Assembly: GCF_006345805.1 (NCBI RefSeq) | Contig: NC_043009.1 | Location: 34,162,001-34,226,000 of the forward strand | Source: Octopus sinensis | Taxonomy: Eukaryota | DNA length: 64,000 nucleotides | Direction: 5' to 3' | Shown here: positions 11,300 through 23,600 of the stretch, piece by piece | Numbering within the stretch: position 1 is the first letter of the stretch | Layout: every line of letters starts with the position of its first letter | Translations under genes and position numbers: made by a program | Notes under the pieces: generated by a model | Seen by the model: the letters and a program-made list of their open reading frames with translations, nothing else | Database searches by the model: none | Told to the model about the DNA's origin: nothing

Positions 11300-14065
11300 A
11301 GGAGAGATGATGTGGAAGGATTCCGACGACCCCTCAAGTGACTAAAAGGTGGACTAAATCATTGTTATAAAGTAAAGAACTGTGAGCGATTGGACTTCGA
11401 TGTTGGTAGCAGTTCACTGTGAGCCTTTGATATAGAACGTTGTGTTTCGTGCAATAGTCATAGTAGTGCGTCGTGTATATACTTTCTTCCGTCCCGCTTC
11501 ATTATATTATGAATCAAATACAAGGATATAAAAGTCTGTTGGTGACGGTACCTAGGACAACTGTAACAACTGGGATTACTTTTGTAGTAACCTTCCACAA
11601 TCGTCGTATTTCCCTTGCTAAATATTGGTACTTTTCTATTTTTCTGATCTTTGACTGCTATATTCATACCCGTAGATATATCCACATCTATGATGGTGCG
11701 TTCCTTTTTTTCCTTCGTCAAGAACCATGATATCTGGTCGCATAGCATAAATTTTGCAATCAATCTAGATATTGTTTTCTCCATTTTGAATTTTTGGTGG
11801 TTTCTGGTGGGGAGGCTTTGATTTGTGCCGCAATTAAAATCCTTCGGTCTCTGTTTTGAGTCTTGAGGTTCTCAACCATTGTTGGGATTTTTCTTTGTCT
11901 ATTTCTTTTCTGTTTAGCTTATTCTAATACTTGCCATGTAAGAACTTTTCTAGCCATCGATTTATCATGCTACTTTGTTGTTCCAGTTTTAGTTTGAATT
12001 TCAGTTGTTTTACAGCTTTTGCTGTTTCCTCTTTTTCTTCATAGTTGTCAGGTACTATGATTTCTTTCTTGTATTTTGATTTGCATAGCCTGCATTGAGA
12101 ATCTACTTGGGTTTTGTCAATCTTGGCGTTTATCCAATTAGTCCTTAATGCTCAATCTTGTGCTGCTACTAACAAACTTTCTGTCTCCCTTTTCAGCCTT
12201 CCTTTCTGCGACTACAACCATGTCTCACTATTCGTATTTGCTGCACTATCTTTAAGAATCTACCACATAAAGCCTTCTCCTACCAGCCAGATAACTTCTG
12301 CTTTTTCTTCTGGTTTTTAACCTCGTTTAGTTTTTTGGTTTCCATATGTCTTGCTGTGACTCTAGCAGCTTTTGATAAACTTTCTTCACTATTACCTACA
12401 TAGAAGGTAATATCTACTCTAGCTAGTTCCACCCAGTCTTCTATTGATATTAACCTTCTTCCACCTTCTTTTCTAGGTAAGTATAATCTTGTTACTCCTA
12501 GGTGGAGTCCTCCATTCATATTCCTTCTTAGTTCTTCTGTCTAGCTTTGCTAATTCAGTTTTTGTCCAATCTACAAAAGCTGCTGAGTATCTAAGTAATG
12601 ATACTACCTAAATATTTACAGCCTTCACGAGATTCGGATCATTTAGCTTTGACTTCATAAGCTTCCTCACCCTTCTGATGTACTCCTGCTAAATTTTCAT
12701 TTTCATTTCTATAGTTAGTACTCTGTAAGATTATTTTAATACTCCTAGATACTTACAACTCCCCCTTCTTTCAATGATTTTAATGTCTGGCCATCTGATA
12801 ATTCGATGTCTTCGCTATTGACTACCTGTCCCCATTTCATGACAAATATTGTACACTGATCTATGCCAAATTCCACACCTATATTTTGCTGAAGAGTCTT
12901 ACAGTATGTATTAAGGAATCTATCTTTTTTTCATTCTTACTAAAAAGTTTCAGATCATCCATGTAGAGCAAGTGATTAATTTTTCACTTAGCATTTCTGA
13001 ACCCTAACTTTGCCTTCCTTGATACTAAACTGAGGGGGATCAAATATAAGACAAATATAAAATGGGATAACGAGTCCCCTTGGAAAATTCCTCTCTTGAT
13101 ATTAACTTTCATTAAGAGTGTGTTACTTGATTAGAGATCTACTTTCCATTTCTTCATGCTCAAGTTAATTAATTCTCTTATGTTGTCTGCTATACTGAAT
13201 ATACTCAAACATTCACTTATCCATAAGTGTGGGATCATGTCATAGGCTTTTTATTATCTATCCATGCTATTGTTAGATTTTTCTTTGTAGCTTTTACTTT
13301 ATTGAGAACTACTTTGTCTATGTATAATAGATCATGTCTTCCTTTAGCCTTCTTTCTGCAACCTTTCTGTCTTTCTGACAGTACATTCTGGTTGTCAAAG
13401 TGCTCGTAAATGTTTTCTGAAAACATTCCTATTAACAGTTTCCACACTAACGGTCTATAATAGCTAGCTATATTACCCTTGCTTTGTCTTTCGTAAGGAG
13501 TATTGTTCTACCTCGAATCATCCGATCTGGTATTATTCCTCCATTAAGGCAATCCTAAAGTTGTTCCCTCAGCCTCCTATGTAAACTACTAAATTTCTTT
13601 AACCAGTACCCTTGAACTAAATTTGGTCCTGGGCCTTTCCAGTTCAGCATTTTCCCTATCATTTTACTCATGAATGCATAGTTAGTCTTAGATCTTGTTG
13701 CTTCTCACTACTTCTTCCTTCACTTTCTGTAACCATACTGCATCTCCATTAGGATTGACTGGCTTATCCCAAATATTACACCAGAACTTTCTAGTTTTTT
13801 CTGTATTAGGTTTCCCACTTGTGTCTCATCCTTGCCATACAGTTTCAAATCATCCATGAAGAGGGGTTGGCGGACTGTTTGAGATTTTCCCTTTAGGTAA
13901 TATTCCAGATTCTTTTTCCTAAATACCAAAGTCAGAGGGATCATGCAGAGAACAAAAAGCAACGGAGATAAGCTATCACCCTGGAAAATCCTTCTTCTGA
14001 GCCCAAGCTTTTTCCGTAGGATGTCAGTTCAGTTTTTCATCCCATCATACTTCTCTTCAGGATCA
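11300..14065 (-). pseudogene. R4/Dong-like LINE (RT plus restriction-like endonuclease), degenerate and rearranged
   Basis: WKGPGPNLVQGYW, WKLLIG..EHF..SERQKGCRK, GIFQGDSLS, NHLLYMDDL, LYLPRKEGGRRLI, RPDIMVLD; an extra QGDSLSP..FMDDLKLY block sits at 13790-14065. Confidence 0.85.
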
Positions 14066-14892
14066 TTATTATTATTATTGTTGTTGTTGTTGTCGTTATC
14101 TATTTGCTCGAATGTGCTTACATCGACCCTGAAGGTTTGTCAGCTTTGGTTATCGTCCAGGACCTCAAGCTTACTGGTTAGATCCAGAAAGATTCACTGT
14201 GTCTCGAGAGCAAGGCGTTTCTGTAATAGCACCGCTACCCCACCCCATTCCGGATAGCGTAAGAGATGCAAAGATCTCAAAATTTCCAAAAGTGAGCGCA
14301 TGTTGGAAACCCTGGTCTTGCTGACGTGTATCACATTCATATCTACTGATCACTGAGCAAGCGACCTTGCTTCTAGAATGACCCTATGCTATGTACATTT
14401 ATCCTACCTATTCTTAAGGTCACCATATTGGTGGAAAAGTAAAGAGGAGAAAAGTAAACCGACTACTTATCCATTTGGTGGTCCCAGAGACCGGATGGCT
14501 CAGTCTCCATGAAGTCTTAGATTTCCTTTGGGAAGTTCTTTAAAAGCCTAATGCTGGCTTTTGCATTCAAACTTCCTAGTTATTAGGGAAATCCTCCCTC
14601 AATATATTATATGTATCCAAGTTCAGCCTTATAATTTTTGAAGTTATGTAGTACTTTGAAAGTGCTGAACCTGAAGACTTCTCCTTCTGTTTCTATATTC
14701 TTCGATGAAGGACATCTGGGGTTTTTTTTTTGTATTTATTAAGTACAAAGTTTGGGATGGGTGTATTTTGTAGGTTTTGTTGTTTGTGTGACCGTCTGCT
14801 GCTGCTGCTCTTATATGTGTTTGTGCTCTCTTTTTGTGGAGGTTGTTGCTACTGATGGTGGTGGAGTTGTTTTTGTGAATGTATATGTGTAG

Positions 14893-15033
14893 TAAGAAGC
14901 TTTCTTCCTAGCCACATGGTTCGGGTTCAGTCCCACTGCATGGCACCTTGAGCAAGTGTCTTCTACTATAGCCTTGAGCCGACCAAAGCCTTGCGAATTG
15001 ATTTGGTAGACAGAAACTGAAAGAAGCCCGTCG
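14893..15033 (+). mobile_element. SINE family B head
   Basis: gccacatggttcgggttcagtcccactgcatggcaccttgagcaagtgtcttc...gaaagaagcccgtcg. Confidence 0.85.
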
Positions 15034-15064
15034 TGTGTATATATATATATATATATATATATTG

Positions 15065-16075
15065 CTGCTATTCTATAACTCATGCAATGTTTTCTGCTCC
15101 GAGAGATGCGGCAAACCGGCGAGGAAGCCCGTAGAGTCCACCCTGCGCTCCAGTCCACTGCTCCTCCTGAAAATCTGGCTGAAATGCTCGTAAAAAATCT
15201 TTCACATCTCCTCGTGTTCGTTTATCAGTTGTCTTTGGTTGTTCATCATAGACCTTATTCTGGCATCGTTGCCATGTTGGGCTTCTACCACACGGACCAA
15301 TCTCGCAGGGTTGATTCCTTCTTGACCCATTGTACGAACCTTCGACCTGACAATGCAACTTTCGTGTTTAGCCTCGAGGTGTTGGTTGAGTGTCAATCTC
15401 GATGCCAACACTTGGGCTACACTGCCTCTCTCCAATGCCTTTTCTAGGTCTTTGACTAAGTCCCTTTCCATTCTATTCTTCTTAGCGGCTAATTTCTTAC
15501 TAAATCTAATTGACTCAATTTTAATGGCTCTTTTGAGGGCTCTCCACCATTTGTTGTTAATAATGGCGCCTGTTAGAGCCCTCTTCTCTAACTGACTAAT
15601 CCGGTTCCTGTACTCCTCACAGGTCAAAAACGACCCGTTGAGTTTCCAGTCGCCAGGGCCTTGTCTACATATCATATCTAAAACCAGTTTACAGGACACA
15701 AGTTTGTGGTCGCTGTAGCTAACAAAGTGGAATTGTGGACAACAAGCTGTCTCCTTGTCCTTCCGTTTAACTAAAATTCTATCTAAATAAGATCTAAAAG
15801 ATCTTTCGCTATTCGTCCAGGTCCACACTGGAGCGTTCGGAAATTTTAGTCTGTACCGATCTGCCAGCAGAAAGTGACTGAGAAGATCGGCCACGCCACG
15901 AACATTTAAACATCCTACTGTGAGTGAAACCATGAAATGTGGTTTACTTTCTCTCTATCTTCCGTGTCTTGCGGAGTCTTTTCGACTAGGCCCTTGTACA
16001 TAGACTTGCAAAAGTCCATTCTTGGAGGGCCTATGTTTTTTGATTAATAACTATGTAATAAACTATAACTGTCTC
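15065..16075 (-). pseudogene. Internally deleted L1/Tx1-like ORF2 (APE endonuclease joined to C-terminus)
   Basis: ORF 15202..15933: LNVRG, WTWTN..SYLDRIL, SDHK, GPGDWKLNGSFL; ORF2 C-terminal-like sequence follows with no RT between. Confidence 0.8.
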
Positions 16076-16084
16076 TGTCAATTT

Positions 16085-16500
16085 CCTAAATTACAATCCC
16101 TTCCGGAAGAATACTATAATGTTTGGTATACTGCATCAAGAGGACATTGTATGTAATGCTTATAATCAAACTGAGGTCAATCACGTTATTAATGTATCAC
16201 ACACGGTATTGGAGCGTGAGACAAGAATATGTTTTGCTAGGTCTTCACAGATGAACAGTGTTACTCCTTTTTCCCGTACTATGCAAGCAGTTCTATGTAG
16301 TATGTAACCATATATATGTACTTCTGCATCCAATATGTCTGGGATCAAGTGCATTTCTGTTAGTGTCACACATAATACCTTTTCTGTGTGTGCAAGTTTT
16401 CTTAATTCGGCTTCAAAACTGTTATTGGTATTTGTTATCCGCAATTATTTCTTGTCTTTAACTGGTTTAACTTTAGAGGAGTGGATGTGGAGATCTAAAA
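16085..16500 (-). pseudogene. CR1/L2-type APE endonuclease N-terminal fragment
   Basis: TLTEMHLIPDILDAEVHIYGYILHR...EKGVTLFI. Confidence 0.7.
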
Positions 16501-16611
16501 ATGTGTCGTAAACTTGTTTTTACCAATTATTTGTTTTTCATTAGTAGTTTCCTCGTAGTTCCTTTCTTAGTGGGTAGGAGGTATGATTCATTGAAGTAGT
16601 TGCTGCTGCTG

Positions 16612-16975
16612 CAGTAGTAGTAGTAGTAGTAGTAGGAGGAGGAGGAGGAGGAGAGAAGAGAGGAAGAGAAGAAGAAAGAAGAAGAAGAAGAAGAAGAAGA
16701 GAGAAGAAGAAGAAGAAGAAGAAGAAGAAGAAGAGAGAGAGAAGAAGAAGAAGAAGAAGAAGAAGAAGACAGAGAGAAGAAGAAGAAGAAGAAGAAGAAG
16801 AAGAAAGAAGAAAGAAGAAGAAGAAGAAGAACGAAGAAGAAGAAGAAGAAGAAAGAAGAAGACAAGAGAAGAAGAAGAAGAAGAAAGAAGAAGAAAGAAG
16901 AACGAAGACAGAAGAAAAGAAGAAAGAAGAAGAAGAAGAAGAAGAAGAAGAAGAAGAAGAAGAAGAAGAAGAAAC
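16612..16975. repeat. Long interrupted (GAA)n purine tract preceded by (TAG)/(GAG) runs
   Basis: Direct reading; it explains the poly-Leu/Phe/Ser ORFs. Confidence 0.95.
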
Positions 16976-17386
16976 AACAACACCAGCAGGAAGAAAAATG
17001 GAGCGTCATAACAGTGAGTCCATTGTTCCCATTACAAGCTGCGGGTAGCGGAGGGAGAGAAATATATGCTGCTTCTTTTTATTATTAATGCTTGAACATT
17101 TAACCTGTTTTGATGTTGTTGTCAGAAAAAAAGTCTAACACTTTTATGTGTTGCCTAACAGTCAAGTATTTTTTATCAGACTGTCTTTCAGTTTGCTGTT
17201 TCTGATCTATCGAAGTGCTGATGGACCAATTCCCTTGCAACGTATGTGTACATATTGATTTCTTTGGGATTCAACTTGAGAGCAGACCGTTTTCTGATTT
17301 TAAAAATTGTTTCTTCTACAGATGATGCTTCAAAAGTGTTTCTTTCACTCGTAGAAGTTTATCTTTTTTGTTTTCTTATATATGAT

Positions 17387-17903
17387 ACTAGCAGCATAGC
17401 CCGGCATTGCCCGGGTATGTAAGAGCCCCTGGAGCAGACATGATGCTCGCTGTGAATTTAGAAAAAAATTCCTGCCAATTTGTGAAAGATATTGTCGAAA
17501 ATATGTCATCTTGAATTTGAACGCGATTTCCAAAAATGGCATGATTTTATCGATTTTTTCTGATGGTAAGGTATTGCATGGAAAACTAACATCAGAATTA
17601 AGTTTCTTAGGGTAACATTAAACTTCACCATGAGTTTGGTGAAAATCGATTGCAAGTTGCGAAAACTACAACAGAAAATGTGTTGCAAATAAAAAGCTTA
17701 GATTCTCGACCCCATGGCGAATTTATCGACTTTTTTCAGAACTGGGGGAACTTTTCAAAATTTTCGCTGCGTTAGTTTTGAATTATGACATTGGGCTATG
17801 TGTGTGTCAAGTTTCATCAGAATCGGTTGAAAGCCGTGGTCAGGGTGAGGGTACAACCTGACAGACACACAGACAGACAAACTGCCGTTTATATAGAGAG
17901 AGA
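17387..17903 (+). mobile_element. Non-autonomous Helitron/Helentron-like element
   Basis: 5' tactagcagcatagcccggcattgcccggg (short IR); 3' aagtttcatcagaatcgg..acagacacacagacagac..tttatatagagag, the layout of Lep1/DINE-type elements. Confidence 0.6.
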
Positions 17904-18166
17904 TGATGGGTACCATGAATCAATTAGTTTAAAGACTGTACTTGGAGTTGTATTTTTTTGTCTGGCTGTTACAATTTTTTAAAACAAAACAACTTAAACC
18001 GAACCACTTGCGTTAGCTCTACGAAGAAACAGTGATACGATTTTCATTCGCACTTTGGATTAAAGTAAAGTATTTAAAAATTGAAGATGTGCTTGCAATT
18101 ATATCACACTTTCACCCCCACCCCCCGCCCGAAAATATCGCATTCGTCCCTCTGTTTAGATATCTG

Positions 18167-18225
<59 letters not shown>

Positions 18226-18273
18226 TATATATATATATATAATATATATATATAATATATATATATATACATA

Positions 18274-18600
18274 CAGTGATACCGCGCAGTACGAGTTTAA
18301 TTCGTTCCATGACCGAACTCGTCTTACGATTTTTCTCGTTTAACAAACCAATTTTCCCCATATATAATTAATCAGTTCCAGCCCCCTAAAACCACTCAGA
18401 AATAATTTTTTATGGGTTTTAAAACAGAAAAACTAAAATGACAATTATATAAAAAGAGAATGCAAAAGAAATATGTAAACTGGTTTTATTAGATTAACTT
18501 AAAGATGGAACGATTTGTGTGCTCGTACTGCGGATTACCGCACGAGTTTCGGCTCGTACAGCAATTACTCGTACAATGGAGCACTTGTACTGCGAGGTTC

Positions 18601-18605
<5 letters not shown>
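18274..18605. mobile_element. Tc1/pogo (Tigger-like) MITE
   Basis: TA-cagtgataccgcgcagtacgag ... cttgtactgcgaggttctacta-TA: imperfect TIRs in a TA context. Confidence 0.65.
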
Positions 18606-18662
<57 letters not shown>

Positions 18663-18737
18663 GTTATATATATATATATATATATAATATATATATATTA
18701 TATATATATAATATATATGTATATATATAATGTATAT

Positions 18738-18818
<81 letters not shown>

Positions 18819-18978
18819 GTATATGTATATATATAATGTATATATATATATGTATATATGTATATATATATGTATATATATATATGTATATATATTATGT
18901 ATATATATATATATATGTATGTATGCATGTATGCATGTATGTATGTATGCATGTATGTGTGTGTGTGTGTGTGTGTGT
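18606..18978. repeat. (TA)n/(TATG)n/(TG)n array
   Basis: Direct reading of the sequence. Confidence 0.95.
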
Positions 18979-19274
18979 GCGGAGGTGCAATGGCCCAGTG
19001 ATTAGGTCAGCGGTCGTAGGATCGTGGTTTCGATTCCCAGACCGGGCGTTGCGAGTGTTTATTAAGTGAAAACATCTAAAGCTCCACGAGGCTCCGGCAG
19101 GGGGTGGTGCCGATCCCTGCTATATACTTTCGCCACAACTTTCACTCGTTCTTCCGTTGGCCTGCTCGCTTAGCCAGTGGGGTGGCGTCATTTGAAGGCT
19201 AAAACAATGCGAAGCGCATTATGACCAGCGATTTTTAGCAACACCTGATAGCCTGGTTGGTCACGGTGATCACG

Positions 19275-19277
<3 letters not shown>
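18979..19277 (+). mobile_element. tRNA-derived SINE family D
   Basis: A-box tggcccagtga and B-box ggtttcgattcc; a second copy lies on the minus strand at 36866-37240. Confidence 0.8.
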
Positions 19278-19317
<40 letters not shown>

Positions 19318-19570
19318 ATATATATATAATATATATATATATAATATATATAGGGTAGGAAAATTAGAGAAATTTTCTGCCAGTGGCTAGCATGCATAAA
19401 ATAGTCAATAAACAACATCTTATTCATATAAAATTAGTGTACATTTATACACAAAAGAGGTGACTCTACCAGAACACATTACATGCTAAAAGGAACAGTC
19501 AAAGTCCAAACCACGGTTAAGAGCAATTTCGAAGGGGATGAAAAATAAAAAACATTTCCACTAGTTACCA

Positions 19571-19639
19571 CTTGTACCTAGATTTCGAACATTAAAGAAC
19601 AAATAAAATAATTTGTTATCCGTGTTCTTCATCAGCAAG
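19571..19639 (-). ncRNA. Candidate type I hammerhead ribozyme
   Basis: Minus strand: cttg-CTGATGA-A-gaaca...tgttc-GAAA-tc-ta-gg-TA-caag; stem I 4 bp, stem II 5 bp plus inner hairpin; downstream of the PLE EN on the same strand. Confidence 0.7.
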
Positions 19640-20289
19640 GGCGCTAAAAATTAACGTATTATTATAGGACAAATAGACAGCACATGCTCCATCTTTATGC
19701 ATTATAATCTTTCAAATCCACCGCGCAAGCACAGTTATAGTCAGCAGCGAATAAAATATATGTACCATGTATAATATAACACACACACACACACACATGA
19801 ATATCAAACAAAGAGAATGAGTGCTCCACACCACATTGGTGGATATGATTTCGTTATTTGTGCATTATGGCTATCATTAGTTTCATGTTAAGAAAAAAAT
19901 ATCTTAATATCTTAACAAATTTTCAAGCCCATCACATAGAAGGTTGGTGTTCGTCTCCATTTTGTATGAAAACACAAAGTCTTGTGAATTCGCTGAGATT
20001 CTCGTAAAGAAGACAATAAATCAAGCGGTGCTGATCTTGGATGAGATCTTTTGAGTAGTTATCTCCTTTAGATTTGTCTTTTGGGAAAACAGTCATGCTG
20101 GGTGGCAAATTTGTTTGCTTTATCTTACATTCTGTGTATATATGATATTCGTATATTTGTGTGCCGAGGTACTTCGTTATGGGGAATATTTCTTCTGTCT
20201 GTGGAGTTTGTAAGTTGTATATATTCAATTTTCACATTCAGGGAAAAAAAAGCTACCTTGTAGGGGTTAGTGGTGCAGGTGGTGGTTCC

Positions 20290-20582
20290 TCTTTGAGGTG
20301 TGTAAGTGTGAAATATTGCTTGTGTATACAGGGAGAGAAGATTTCGTCATTAATATTTAAGATGTTGTCTGTTGACTGTATGATATTTAATTTTTCAGTG
20401 ATAAAGAGTTCACATTTGGTACCCGCCTTCTGTATTTTCTGGCTTTAGTAATGACGTTCCATTTTATGTAGGGGTTACTTATTTCTCCTTCTTTCAATGT
20501 CCATATCATATTGTATAGGGATGTTGTATGTCTTCTATTTTCGTCTCTGAATGATGCCATTTCGTGCGCGCCTGTATACATC

Positions 20583-20625
<43 letters not shown>

Positions 20626-20700
20626 GTGTGTGTGTATGTGTGTGCATACATACACACATATGTTCTCCAGAGTTGCCTTGAATATCACTCCCAACTATGA
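20290..20700 (-). pseudogene. PLE GIY-YIG endonuclease fragment
   Basis: GVIFKATLEN, YTG, SFRDENRRHTTSLYNMIWTLKE..IKWNVITKA, KCELFITEKLNII..ILNINDEIFSPCIHK. Confidence 0.8.
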
Positions 20701-21129
20701 TCAGCATGCTGTGTGAAATTAATATCTGAACTTGAGGTATAAGTGAGCTTGTTATAAAATATATATAAGCGACAGAGTCAGCAATAATACCGAGAGGTAA
20801 TATTTATCCCCACTTAAACGTGGATGTTCTGTTAGAACAAGTTATACTGCAGTAGATACCATGATAGAAACTCTTATATTGGCTTTTGATTCAAAAGTCA
20901 CTCTTGTTTATAAATCCCCGCCATCTCCAGTGCTGAGACCACCAGCTCACTTGATTTCAACCTTCCTTGGTCTTGTCAATGATGGATGTTCACTGGCCAA
21001 TTACGACAGCAGCGCCTGTTCTGGCACTATTTTTCGCTTGCGGGGAGATGGGTCGCTTCTATTTCTAGCAGTCAAGCGCCCACCATTGACAAGACCAAGT
21101 ATTAATGCTGCCTCTATTGCTTATACATA

Positions 21130-21515
21130 TTTTTAATCAAGCATCAGTAGATCTAACCTCCCTGTTAGAATCACAGACGAGGCCAGACACTAAGAGACTA
21201 CCTCTCACACAACAACTATGTCCGGTTGTGTTTAAAATCAAACACAGTATACTAGAAGACATCTTCTTGTCGAGCGACGTACATAGGATCAACTAAGAGA
21301 AACGTTGAGCGAAAAGACACCAAAGACATCTAAGAGTGAAGACACCTAGGAGTGACGGAACATTTCTACAAGGCCACGCCACCCAGTGCTGTATTCCAAC
21401 AAGGCTGACACAGTGAAGGGGATTTTTCAACCCCGAGATTACAGAGGCACACTTCATTTGGAGGAAAATACCAAGCCTGAACCACCGTAATGAGATAAAT
21501 GCATGGAAACATATT
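21130..21515 (+). pseudogene. PLE GIY-YIG endonuclease fragment (Penelope/Poseidon-like)
   Basis: VVFKI, TYIGSTKR and TEAHFIWRKIPSLNHRNE across frameshifts. Confidence 0.7.
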
Positions 21516-21574
21516 TGCTGCTTCCAGGAGTATTAACCGACCAAAATTAAGGGAAATTTAAGAACTAAGGAAGT

Positions 21575-21605
21575 CTGATAGAGTCTTTCATTCGAAAAGC
21601 GCTTA
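21575..21605 (+). ncRNA. Degenerate hammerhead motif
   Basis: CTGAT-A (G8 missing), stem II GAGT/ATTC, GAA-AAGCGCTT-A palindromic stem III; no stem I detectable. Confidence 0.35.
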
Positions 21606-22139
21606 CAACGAAATAAACTATAACACCCAGCAACAAGGCTCACTCTAGGATACATGCTGTCTGCCTACTCATTCAGTCACTCACTTTCTTTTATATCCGA
21701 AAACTTATTGAAGAAAATTAAACTTCCATATATCTTCTTGTACTTTACTGCCTTTCACTGTTCTTTTATTTTCTGTTATCTTCTTTTGAAGTTTTTCTGC
21801 TAACGGCATTATCCTGTTATATATATGCACATATAATGGCAGCCTACACACATACTGATTATAATAAATAACATGGGCTGGAAATGTATTAGTGCTTGAT
21901 AGATTTTGTGTAAACATGTTATTAAATCTGAATTTTTTTAATGATTTACAAGAGGAGATTAGAATTTGAAGAGGTTCTCTAGGGTATAAATGACAAAGCT
22001 TTTGGAGAAGGAGCGTAATTTTTCAATTTATGTTATAGGGTTATTATTTTCTTTTAGTAATCAGACTAGGTTGGTGTCATTTCCTTCCTTAGAAGTATGG
22101 AATGTGTGTGTGTTTTGAAATATGTTAGCATTGAAACTA

Positions 22140-23600
22140 ATGTCAAATCAAATCAAATCAAATTTATTGGCAGAAGAGCACAATGTGCTTAAGCCATGTA
22201 AATTTTTTTTAAATAAAATTTTTTTTTTTAAAGACGGTTGTTGTTATAAACAGTTTTATACATAGTCGCCACAGTTGTCCAGAGCCTCTTTGAACAGGGG
22301 AGTGGTGGGCAGTAGAACAGCCCTTTCAGTCATCCTTATGATCGAGTTCTTGATCGCCTGTCATCGCTTTTCCACCGTCGATGTTGTAATTACTTTGTCC
22401 CAATCACAATTCAATGGCGTTCTCGTCCATTGCATAGAACTTTCATCTTGGTGCTGGAACTGGTATTGGAGAAGGGATTGACGATGCTACGTTGAATGTT
22501 ATAACCATGTGATCACTTTTACCCAGGGGTGGTAGGATTTTCACATCAGAAATAGTTGTCTGGTACTTTGAGAAGACAAGATCAAGTGTTGATGGCTGTT
22601 GCGTATTTCGATACCTCGTTGGTGTAGAAATATGTTGGATAAGGAATAGATTTTCGGCAGTCTGCAGCAAGGTTTGATCGGAACGAGCTCCTGTTGGGCA
22701 GGAATACGCCTCCCAGTCAATCAGCGGTATATTGAAGTCGCCAGCTATTAGACAACCTGCTTAGGATTTTGATATTTCAGCTATTGCATTTAGAAACCGT
22801 TGGTCATCATCAGGTTCCGCCTATGGGCTGCGATGCACGGACAGAATGAGAAAGCTGGTTTTTGCAAATCAAATTTTGCGCAGGACGACATTGAAATAGC
22901 CTGATGGTTGCGCATTTGGTGGGAGCTCACACTGAGAGGGCTTTAGATCTATTTTGAGGAACATTACAACGCCCCACTCCGCGAAAACAGACTCTGTCAC
23001 ATCGGAACGTCATGTAACCCTCAACTGAAAATTCAGCATCTTGAATTTTCAGCGTGCAGCCAACTCTCTGTAATGATCGCAATATCTGGTTCCTATTTGA
23101 CAACAAGCACTTGAAATTTATCTAACTTAGACAAAAGTGAGCAGATGTTGGTATAGAGAACTCGAAGAGCGTGACGATGTTGGGCACTTTGCGCTGAAGT
23201 CAGTTTGGGGCACCAAATTTTGCGTCTTGAAGGCTCAATTGTTGATGCAGGGACTAAGTTTCTGGAGCTGTGATAATCAGTGTGTTCCTCCATAGAAACC
23301 TTTTCACTATCTAGCCATCTCTGATGACAAGGCCTTTCTCTCCGTTGAAGATTCTGTTCTGTAGCTCCAGCTTGAGAGCTCTCCATCTGATTCTCTCTCG
23401 CGGAGAATACTCCTTCCAAAAACCCAGGCTGTGGTTGACGCCGAAAACTTTTTTTGAGCATTCAGTGATTGCAAAAATAACCTTTATGGGTCTGGGTCTG
23501 AGTCAGGTGTTACCAGGGGTTGTAGTTGCAGTTGCTTGTCTTCCAATACGCATCACCTTGAACACTTGAGCTTGAGTAGGATTATCAAGTGAGCCAGAAA
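22140..23600 (-). pseudogene. CR1-type LINE, ORF1 end plus APE endonuclease, RT deleted, (ATTTG)n tail
   Basis: RPRPIKVIF (ORF1), LRVLYTNICSL, LFLIQHISTPTRYR..STLDLVF..PPLGKSDH; tail tttgatttgatttg. Confidence 0.85.

Noticed and set aside
16527-17009. Long poly-Phe/Leu/Ser ORFs
   Set aside because: Translation of a (GAA)n microsatellite.
18979-19050. tRNA gene (also the heads at 37170-37240 and of SINEs A and B)
   Set aside because: A and B boxes are present but there is no full cloverleaf, and the sequence continues into a SINE body.
18505-19069. YI/CV-repeat ORFs here and at 40.0, 42.2, 50.2, 53.3 and 55.8 kb
   Set aside because: Dinucleotide repeats lack stop codons; no coding signal.
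21705-22130. RNase H-like PAHV motif on the minus strand
   Set aside because: One short motif only; the element class cannot be supported.
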